Shown piece by piece: positions 26,525-35,905 of a stretch of DNA of 64,000 nt. Every line of letters starts with the position of its first letter. Positions within the stretch are counted from its first letter, which is position 1. The notes under the pieces were generated by a model that searched no databases, was not told where the DNA came from, and saw nothing but the letters and a program-made list of their open reading frames with translations. The stretch comes from Octopus sinensis (Eukaryota). The position numbers and the translations under genes are program-made. The stretch is taken from contig NC_043003.1 of the NCBI RefSeq assembly GCF_006345805.1, positions 32,922,001 to 32,986,000 of the forward strand, written 5' to 3'.

Positions 26525-26873
26525 TAGGATCATTTAAGTCGTCCGGCGTGCGTGTGATTCTGTACTCGGCTGTCTACGTGCGACTGCGAAGGCGAAAGGC
26601 GGACATATTGAATGAAACGTATCTTGATATGTTACATGACCTTATATCCTATTTCCTTATATCCTAAAGAACTCGTGTTTTTATGCCGTTTGCTAAAAAT
26701 TATGGCTAAAAATCTACCGGGAATTCTTTACGGCGCTCTGTGTATTGTCCTACATGTGTAGAACAGTGAACTGGAAAACGTCGATTATCTTAAATTATCA
26801 ATGTAGCTAGTAATCAAAACTTCCCCGATAGGTATTTAAAACATGAACACAATCACCACGTATAATTCTAATA

Positions 26874-27223
26874 CTGTGAAGGCGCATGGCTCAGTGGTTA
26901 GAGCGTCGAGCTTACGATCGTGAGGTTGTGAGTTAGAATCCCGGACCGGGCTGCGTGTTGTGCTCCTGAGCAAGACACTTTATTTCACATTGCTCCAGTT
27001 CACTCAGCTGTAGAAATGAGTTGCGACGTCACAGGTGCCAAGCTGTATCGGCCTTTACCTTTCCTTTGGATAACACTGGTGGCGTGGAGAGGGGAGGCTG
27101 GTATGCATGGGTGACTGCTGGCCTTCCATAAACAATCTTGCTCGGACTTGTGCCTGGAGAGTGGGGGGGTAACCTTCTAGGTTGCAATCCCATGGTTTGT
27201 GTCGTGACCGAAAGGGGGTCTCA
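26874..27223 (+). mobile_element. tRNA-derived SINE family C (CORE-like central domain) with 12-bp TSD
   Basis: A box TGGCTCAGTGG, B-box-like GAGTTAGAATCC, core CTGAGCAAGACACTTTATTTCACATTGCTCCAGTTCACTCAGCTGTAGAAATGAG. TSD ATAATTCTAATA at 26862 and 27224. Confidence 0.85.
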
Positions 27224-27316
27224 ATAATTCTAATAAAATCCACTAACCGAAAAATTTTGGATAACACAGACAACGCAGAATAATGTGGAGTTTAGGTATT
27301 ACACCCACTGATGGAA

Positions 27317-27359
27317 GTAGCACACCTATTTCAGCCTTATTAGCTCTCCTCAGTGATAC
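27317..27359 (-). ncRNA. Decayed hammerhead-like motif
   Basis: GTATCA-CTGAGGA-GAGCTAATAAGGCT-GAAATAGGT-G-TGCTAC. Core and stems I/II are recognisable, but the cleavage position is G and stem III is broken. Confidence 0.35.
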
Positions 27360-30300
27360 ATATTCTTTTTTGTTGACAAAAATGAACAGTGTACAGTTAA
27401 AAAAATATAGACCAGTGACTTTGATTCTGTTTTATTTTCATCCTTATACGTTCTTCGATAGTCTTTCAGCCTTTGATTTCTGTTTTTGTATTTGTGGAAG
27501 CATCCTGATATCCTGTGTGTTTGTATGAATTACTGTACTGATTGGTTACTTGTCTTACTACAGTAAGCAGTAGTTTTCATATTGCTGATGATTGTTATGA
27601 TCAAGTTGATAGGGTTAGACAAAATGGCCATATTGATAGTATGGTAGTTGTCGGTGTTGTTATTTACAACTAACTTACTTCTAAGCATAGAAGCCTATAC
27701 TCATAAGCGTTCCACCCTTGACATCCTATCGTTCAAGAAGCATAAACGCATTTCTGACTTCTATATTGAAAACACTGTGACCTTATACTTTTAAAGATGG
27801 CAGGGTATGATTCATTTGATGGTAATTTGTATGCTATTTCTCATCATCATCATCCTCATCATCATCGTCGTTGTCTTCGTTGTCATCATCATCATCATCA
27901 TCATCATCACCGTCATCATCATGATGTTTGACCTTAACCGCCGACGTCAATCTGAAAACTAATGCTTCCAGTAAAATAAGAACTCAAAACGTTCTCAGGA
28001 AATGATGCTATCACAAATGCACGGGGACACAGACACAAGCACGCAAACAGAACAAGTGGTCGAGGGACAAAGAATCAATGTTTCGTAGAACCGAGAAAGT
28101 AAACATAATCAGCATCACTGTATTCCTTCTATTTCCTATTGATCGCTTTTAACAGCAGGTCAGGCGATCACGCAGCAGCAGCAGCAGCAGTAGCAGCAGC
28201 TCCACTCCACTCGTTGGTGCGTTTGATGTTCATGTTCAGTGGAGTGTGTGACATTGCAGTTGGTATCAATGTCGATGGATTTCTTGGTGATCAGTGGTGT
28301 TGGAGGATAGCGATAAGTGGATGTTGCTATTGTTGCTGTTGTTGTTGTTGTTGTTGCTGTAGTACTTGTTGTTGTTGCTGTTTGTTGCTGGCTATAGGTC
28401 ATCCTTAATAAAAGAAACAAAAAATAACCAACGGTGTCCCAGTCATAGTCATTTAATTATTTTCTTTCAGGCATAAGGGTACCTTCGACTACGTCATCCG
28501 ATATGTACAGTTTTAAAATGGTTGGATATTATTATTTAGCTGCTATTTCTCGCAAGTCAACAGATCAGTGAAGGCTTACGGCCCATTCCCTCTTTTAGTG
28601 TATCTTTGGCGAACATATCATTATGTTTTCAGGAGAGCTGTAAGTCGGTCGAAGGTGATGTTGCTGCTATTTCTATAAGGTCAAGCGAATACAATGGTTA
28701 AAACTGCCCGAAATCTTTTCGTATTTTAAGAAAGAGGGACATAGTTTAGGGAGATTTAACTACTATTTCTATAAGGTTGAAGAATTACAATGGCTAAAAT
28801 AATATATGAGGTTTTGTTAAAAAAAAAAAGCAGGGATTTAATCTGAGGGAGATTTGGCTGTCAATTTTAGAAAGTTGGGATTTCCTCGATGGTTCGTTGC
28901 GGAAATGGTTTTATTTGTGTCTGTTTTTATCGTTGTTGTTGTTGGGGTAATAAAGAGCGACGTCAAATAAGTAGAGTTGTGAGTTCAAATCCAGCCAGCA
29001 CGAATTTTATCTTTCATTCTTTCGCGGTTGATAAAATAAGATACCAATAAAGTACAAGGTCGAAGTGTCAACGAACTCAATCACGAATTTATTAGCCTTA
29101 TTATGCCAGACGGAGAAACAGTTATTAGTGCTGTATTCATAGAAGTTAATCGTCGTAGTTATAGTAAAGAGAAATAGCGTTGGTGGCAATGTCTTGCTAT
29201 TGCTATTAGTGGTGTTGTTAGGTTTGGTGATGATATTGTTGGTGGTTTTCATGTATTGGTGTAGACAGTGCCGGTGGTACTGAAGATGGTGTTCAACAGA
29301 GATTCTAATAAAGAAGACGATGGGGGAAAGATACAAATCGGAACAGAACGATACGGAAATTAATGCACAAAACTCGTCCTCATTGAGCAGTAGAGGCCAC
29401 ACTTTTTATAACACAAGGTAATGGAAGTTTTCTATTGATGCTCCTGTTGTTGTTGTTGTTGCTGCTGCTGCTGTTGTTGTTTTGTTGTCGTTGTTGTTGT
29501 TGTTTTCATCATTGCTACAATTGATGTTGTTACTGTTGGTTGGTGTTTCTTTGACTACTCAAGCAAAGAATAGTCGTAATGAGGAAGAGCTGGAAGAAAA
29601 CCACCCCAGCATTGCAAGCGGCTTATTTGATGGAATTATTTGACGGAATCTGTCAAGAGGAAGTTTGAATGGCTTAGAATCTGTTAGTTCTTTAGGTAGC
29701 TTCAGGGAAAAGAGATAATGTTAAAATAGTGCTTCTCCAATCGAAGTGAATAAACATTGTGATAAATAATATTTATGTGTTAAGAGGTAGATTTCTTTAA
29801 ATGTTTGCTAAGGATAGATGCTACAGGCTCTAACTTTGATGAAATCTGAAGAAGACATGGTAGATAGGCATCGTTTGGATAAAGTTTGGGATAAATCATT
29901 TGGATAATGTTTCTTTGTTTGCTTGTGTATTTATTTGCTTTCTTTCTCTTATAGCTACTTTCTCTTACACATGCGCTGTACGTTGAATAATGCTTTAACT
30001 TTGACCGTTGATTTTTATCGTGATCGAGTTCTGCCTTAACTTTAATTCTTATTATTCTGTTGTGGTGCATAATAACTAGAGAGGCGGGGAAATAAGGGAT
30101 CGCTAAAACATACAAAAGAAACAAATAAATAAATATATAAACAAAATAAACGGTTAAGATTTAGCAATGACAAGACTGTCCTATTGTTCAAGAGTCACGC
30201 GCGTTCTATTTGCGTTAAATTAGCATAACAACATCTGAGTAAGAAGAATTTCCTGCGTAGAGTTGCGAGGGAAAGAACAGAAGTTTTTAGACAAAATACA

Positions 30301-30409
30301 CACACACACACACGTGTGAGGTCTACTTTATAATTTTTATGAGTAGAAATTTTGACTTCAAATCTTAACACAAAACCAGAAATTTCAATTCGAAAATTTA
30401 TAATATCGA

Positions 30410-30560
30410 ACCCAGAGTTCAGCTGATACTTATTTTATAGACCCCGAAAGGATGAATGGCAAAATTAACGTTGGTGGTATTTGAACTCAGCACATGCAGA
30501 CGGATGAAATGCCGCAAAGTATTTTCGCCGGCGTGCTTAACGCTTCTGCCAGCTCACCGA
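30410..30560 (-). mobile_element. SINE family B copy
   Basis: GACCCCGAAAGGATGAATGGCAAA...TTGAACTCAG...TTCTGCCAGCTCACCG. Confidence 0.8.
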
Positions 30561-30593
30561 CATATGTAAATAGAAATATTTCCTTCAAACATA

Positions 30594-31885
30594 CGAGGGG
30601 CGTTCAATAAGTAATGCTCCTGACCCACTTCCCATAGCAGTAGAGCAACGAAACTTGGCACAGTTATTAGTCTTTTTCTACATAGGAATCACTCAGAGTT
30701 ACGCATTTGTCCCATCGTTTGAGGCAGCGCTGGAAGCCGTTTTTGTAGAAGACCCCAGCTTGGTCCTCCAACCGCGACGTGACTTTAGAAATCAAGGCTG
30801 CATCATCTGTGAAATGCTTTCCTTTCAAAAACAACTTCATGGCTGGGAAAAGGTGAAAATCAGAGGGTGCAAGGTCAGGATCGTAGGGGGGATGGGGGAG
30901 GAGTTCATAGCAGCACGCCTGTGTTTCTGATCTGGCGACAAGCGAGATGTGGACCAGAGCGTTGTCCTGCAGGAGGAGGATGCCTTTGCTGATCTTGCCC
31001 CACCTCTTGATTTTGATAGCTTCTCTTAATTTCCTCAAAAGTGAAGCATAATAGGCTCCTGTAATTGTGGTACCCTTTGCCAGGAAATCTGTCATCACTA
31101 CTTCGTCCTGGTCCCAGAAGACTGTGAGCATGACCTTGCCAGCGGAGGGCTGCACCCTTGCCTTCTTTGGAGGAGGTGAGTCACGGTGCTTCCACTGCAT
31201 TGACTGGGCTTTGGTCTCTGAATCATAGTGATGGACCCAGGTTTCATCCTGTGTAATCAGTCTTTTGAAAAATTTTGACTCATCTTCTTGGCACATCTCC
31301 AAATTCATCCTCGAGCACTGGACGCGTTCTTGCTTCTGGAAAGGCGTGAGCAACCTGGGAATCCATCTGGCAGACACCTTTTGCATATGCAAATGGTCAT
31401 GAATGATAGTTTCCACAGACCCGGTACTAATCTTGACCTCATGGGCTATTTGGCGAATAGTTATGCGTCGATCTTCCAAAATGGCAGCCTCAACTTGACG
31501 GACAGGTGTCTCATCAATGGCAGAAGGGGGGTGACCAGATCTGGGAGCTGTTTCCACAGAGTTCCGACCATGTTTGAATTCACGATGCCAGCGTTTTACA
31601 AGGTCATATGATGGGCATCATCACCATAAGTTACTTTCATTTCATCAAAAGTCTCCTGTGGTGTGCGTCCTTTCAAATACAAAAACCGGATCACTGCTCG
31701 ACATTCAACAGGTTCCATTTCACACTTGACTCAGTTCAAACACCTGTAAATCAGAAACCACAATTAGCTTAGAGCTGTAATTTGCCACTTAATCCATAGA
31801 GATAGAAATAATTGCACTTGCTAAATTTCAGCTAGATCAAACAAATGCAAGTGGGTCAGAGACATTACTTATTGAACGTCTCTCG
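30594..31885 (-). mobile_element. Full-length mariner transposon (DD34D, irritans-like), ~1.29 kb
   Basis: TA flanks; TIRs CGAGGGGCGTTCAATAAGTAATGCTCCTGACCCACTT / AAGTGGGTCAGAGACATTACTTATTGAACGTCTCTCG. Confidence 0.95.
30667..31718 (-). pseudogene. Mariner transposase, ~350 aa when a single frameshift near 31613 is repaired
   Basis: Starts MEPVECRAVIRFLYLKG. WIPRLL linker, TQDETW, LQDNA, and YDPDLAPSD with 34 residues between the 2nd and 3rd Asp. The 1052-nt span is 1 nt short of a whole number of codons. Confidence 0.92.
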
Positions 31886-31909
31886 TATCAATATACTAAT
31901 GTAACTAAC

Positions 31910-31984
31910 GGGGATGTAGCTAACGGGGATGTAGAGCGTTAGCTTTGATCTGAAATGCCACGGGTTCGATTCCCAGCATCTCCA
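31910..31984 (+). pseudogene. tRNA-Ala-derived pseudogene or SINE head
   Basis: Acceptor stem GGGGATG/CATCTCC-A with G3:U70 (Ala identity element), T arm GGGTTCGATTCCC. D arm replaced by a CTAACGGGGATGTAG duplication; anticodon arm decayed. Confidence 0.7.
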
Positions 31985-32069
31985 CACAGCATGTTTCTTT
32001 GGGTATTCTTTTTAAATGGCGGTGCCACAGTATAGTCACAGCCTTTAGTTTGAAACATATAAAGGATAT

Positions 32070-32255
32070 ACATGATAGATCGTTAGCCACTACACACATT
32101 TTTTTCTCTCCTTGTTTTTTCTGTGTCCCTTTCTGTAGGAGAGCGTAGGCTCGAAACGTAAAAGACTTTTTCTATTCCTAAGCGTTATACTAATACATCT
32201 GTTTGTTTTGTACACCACCTGTCTTCGTCTTTTGTTTTTTTCGTAAACTCTCCCT
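32070..32255 (+). mobile_element. Short Penelope-pLTR-like repeat with a variant hammerhead motif (32129-32164)
   Basis: CTTT-CTGTAGGA-GAGC-GTAG-GCTC-GAAACGT-A-AAAG. Homologous inverted copy at 60880-61070. Confidence 0.55.
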
Positions 32256-32402
32256 ATATATATATATATATATATGAAAACCCCACTAGAATGGGAGAAA
32301 GCGCTAATAATCTGAATGATATGATATATATATGTAAAAAATGTAATATATAAATAAATATCTATAAATATGAATCATCCGATCTTCTGATTACCTCATT
32401 TC

Positions 32403-32436
<34 letters not shown>

Positions 32437-32437
<1 letters not shown>

Positions 32438-32808
32438 CGTGGCACTCCGTCGGTTAGGACGACGGGGGTTCCAGTTGATCCGACCAATGGAACAGCCTGC
32501 TCGTGAAATATACTGAGCACTCCACAGACACGTCTACCCTTAACGTAGTTCTTGGGGAGATTCAGCGTGACACAGTGTATGACAAGGTTGGCCCTTTGAA
32601 ATACAAGTACAACAGAAAAAGGAGGAAAGAGTGAGGGAAAGTAGTAGTAAAAGAGTACAGCAGGATTCACCACCACCCTCTGCCGGAGTTCGTGGAGCTT
32701 TAGGTGTTTTCGCTCAATAAACACTCACAACACTAGGTGTAGGAATCGAAACCGCGATCCTACGACCACGAATCCGCTGCCTTAACCGCTGGGCCACTGC
32801 GCCTCCAC
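32437..32808 (-). mobile_element. tRNA-derived SINE family D, full length
   Basis: Head GGAGGCGCAGTGGCCCAGCGGTTAAGGC...GGTTTCGATTCC; tail GGAACCCCCGTCGTCCTAACCGACGGAGTGCC. Confidence 0.85.
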
Positions 32809-32869
32809 TGTGTATGTGCACACACACACACACACATACAGACACACACACAGACACACACACACACGC

Positions 32870-32917
<48 letters not shown>

Positions 32918-32919
32918 CA

Positions 32920-33130
32920 TCCGGCAACCCTGCTGTACTCTTTCACCACAACTTTCACTCTTTCTTCTTGTTTCTGTTGTACCTGTATTTCAAAGGGCTA
33001 CCTTTGACACACTCTGAATCTTCCCCAGAACTACGTTTAGGGTACACGAATCTGTGGAGTGCTCAGTCACCTGCACATTAATTTAACGAGCAACTGGAAC
33101 CCTCGTCGCCGCAACCGACGGAGTACCACG
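32920..33130 (+). mobile_element. SINE family D, 5'-truncated copy inverted relative to 32437-32808
   Basis: CCTGCTGTACTCTTT...CTACGTTTAGGGTACACG...GGAACCCTCGTCGCCGCAACCGACGGAGTACC. Confidence 0.8.
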
Positions 33131-33461
33131 TATATATATAAGCGAACTTGATTACAAGGGCCAATTTTTTCTTTCGTGCCATATCAGTTAAATCTATAAA
33201 GAGGATTTCTGAACTTTAATAAACTGCTCCACTTTTACTGTGTAAACTTAACGTAAATTTAGCCTGCGATATTTTACTAGTTTATCCTCTATCTTCTAAT
33301 TGATTCAGTCATCGGACTGTGGCCATGCTGGGGCACCGACCTGTAGGGGTTTTAGCCGAATAAATGGGCCCCAAGAAATTTTCTTTATTCATTCTTTATC
33401 AGTATGTTATCTCGGTTGTGTGAGCTACTTCCTTGGAATCTAACTATCGGATGAATCTACT

Positions 33462-35013
33462 AACAGGCCCCGTGTGAGGACGGTGTCCCAGCTGAGATCT
33501 ACAAGGCCGAGCCTGATGTATTCGCAGCCTGGTTCCATCGTGTTTTCTGTGCTGTGTGGGCAATGGAGCGTTTTCCTGATGACTGGAGCGAGGCAACTCT
33601 TTTACCTTTCTTCAAAAAAGGTGATAGAAAGCTGTGGTCCAACTACAGGGGCATCAACTTGATCGATGTGGCTGCCAAAATCTTTGCAATCCTTCTTCTG
33701 AAGAGGTTCCAGGCCATCCGTGATGTCCGTACTCGTCCTTCTCAGGGCGGCTTCCGTCCCGGGAGAGGGTGCCTTGATCAAATCTTCATTCTCCGGCGAG
33801 TCCTGGAACAGCGGTGGGCGCACCAACAAACTACCGTTCTCTGCTTCATCGATTTTGCGGCTGCCTTCGACTCGGTGGATCGGGAGTCCTTCTGGCGTAT
33901 TATGCAGGCAGACGGTATCACTGTGAAGCTGCTAAACCTCATACAGGGCTACTATCGTTCAACGAGGGATCGTGTGAGGGTCTATGGCGTGGAGACGGAG
34001 TTGTTTGATGTCACTACCGGTGTTCGACAGGGTTGTGCGCTCTCGCCAACCCTATTCAATTACGCCATCGATTACATTCTCAACACTGCGCTTCGGGACT
34101 ACCCGGGCGTAGAGACTGGAAGAGGAGTGGTAGTGACGGACCTGGCCTACGCAGATGACATCGCGCTCTTGGGCTGTAACCGGGCAGATGTCCAAGATGC
34201 TCTCGAAAGGGTATATGCGGCAGCGACAGCTGTTGGTCTTCGGATCAAAACCAAAGTGATGGCGTCTCTGGTGCAGCATATGACTGGCAGCCAATCGTTC
34301 TCGAGGGCGTGGAGCTGGAGGATGTGGAGTCCTTCGTCTACCTGGGTTCAACTGGCCAGCGCGCAGCCGAGGTCGAGCGTCGCATAGGTGCTGCCAGATC
34401 CACATTCGTGCGCTTCCAGTGGTGCCTGTGGGACAGAAGAGAGATCTTCTCGGTGACCTAAGGGCGAATCTACCAGGCCGTTGTTCCTACTATCCACCTC
34501 TATGGTTGGGAAACATGGCCTATGAGGGTAGTCGATCAGCAAAGGCTGGAGGTTTTCGACAATGACTGTCTCCGCCGCATTCTTCGCTGCCGACGCATTG
34601 ATCGGGTTCCTACAGCCAGTCTTCGTCATCGCCTGAATCTCCGGCCCCTCCCTTCGATGCTTCTACAACGGCGTTTAAGATGGTTCGGTCATGCAGCCCG
34701 GCGACCAGAGGGTGAGCTGATTCGCGATGTCCTCCTCCCACCTCCACTTCCCAACTGACGCAAACGCATGGGTGGGCAGCTGAAGACCTGGTCAACGATG
34801 ATAAAGGAGGACCTCTCCGAACTCTCAGGTTCGCCGGTGGTCGGTCTGCGCAGATGGAACCGCGAATGGCTCGCTATTTCCAGTGACCTCACACAGGGCC
34901 GTCAAGCGTGGACCGCCATGGTTCGTGATGCCGTCAGGACCAGAGAAGAAGCCGGCTCAACCCGCCCTGGGTGAATGCCGTCACAAGTACAAGTACACAA
35001 GTAGAAGTACAAG
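33462..35013 (+). mobile_element. RTE-clade LINE, 5'-truncated, RT domain through 3' end
   Basis: APCEDGVPAEIYK, NYRGINL, QGGFRPGRG, FIDFAAAFDSV, GVRQGCALSPTLF, LAYADD, RRLRWFGH, ...AGSTRPG*. (CAAGTA)-type tail; a few stops and frameshifts; visibly GC-richer than the flanks. Confidence 0.95.
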
Positions 35014-35268
35014 CAGGAACTTATAGATTTGGAAGCACAAGGTTGTTTAGTGATATATCTATTGACAGTTATTCACAGATCTCTTTATTCAATGGTAAGT
35101 GTATTTTCATAGCTGCAGAGATAAATTCATACTCACCAGCTGCCACCATAGAGAGAAGAGGAGAGGTGTAGAGAGAATCATATCTGCAGTGATACTCTGT
35201 CTTTATGGTAGACAGCAGCTACCTCTATAATTCTATAGACTGATAGAGGGTGTGTGAGAGAGATAGAC

Positions 35269-35353
<85 letters not shown>

Positions 35354-35793
35354 TAGATACATAGAGAGTCAGAGAAAGGAAGAGCGGGAGAGAAGCATAA
35401 TTAGAGGTTAAGATTTAATCTATGACTAATTGTGATGCTGGTGATCTTGTGCTACAAGAAGCAGTGGTTTTCAAATCAGTGTTTTGTATCTTGAGCGATT
35501 GTCTTTTAATCTGTGAATTAAATTGGTGAGACTGAATCTGTGGAAGTTAATCAGGTGAAATGGCTTCCACAATTTCTCCAGAGGATCGGTCTTGTGATAA
35601 ACTCTGTCACATTGATTCTGCATAAAAATTATGTTCATAGTGAGAGTGTTTGTGGGAGCAATAAGCAAACAAGTATACGATAATTCAATGAATTGACTGA
35701 TTAGTTAATCGAATACCTGAAATACTCCAGTCATCGTCGATACTGATGTAGATCCACCTTTCAATATTTATTTGTTTTCTGTTATGCAGTATA

Positions 35794-35847
35794 TGTCTTG
35801 GGGAAATTTCGAACCTGGGTTCTCATTCCTAAGGTATTTTTCGATGC

Positions 35848-35905
<58 letters not shown>

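Larger units (their letters stand above)
24770..26745 (+). mobile_element. Decayed maT-like Tc1/mariner element split by three nested insertions
   Basis: KRYSETGSVDSKPIPGR, SDKQIFTVKAVENTQNDR, YVFTQDG, FWDKNVWSFFNPDIKPMDFDIW. The C-terminus VRRACDSVLGCLRATAKAKGGHIE* resumes at ~26540-26615. Confidence 0.8.

Noticed and set aside
28238-28258. TGGAGTGTG similarity to miR-122
   Set aside because: Seed-length match only, and miR-122 is a vertebrate miRNA.
28500-28890. Repeat-spacer appearance suggestive of a CRISPR array
   Set aside because: Repeats are highly degenerate and irregular, the context is eukaryotic, and there are no cas genes.
30655-31611. Plus-strand ORFs 30655-30930 and 31288-31611
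   Set aside because: Antisense shadows of the mariner transposase.
31910-31984. Functional tRNA gene
   Set aside because: D arm and anticodon arm are disrupted; reported as a pseudogene.
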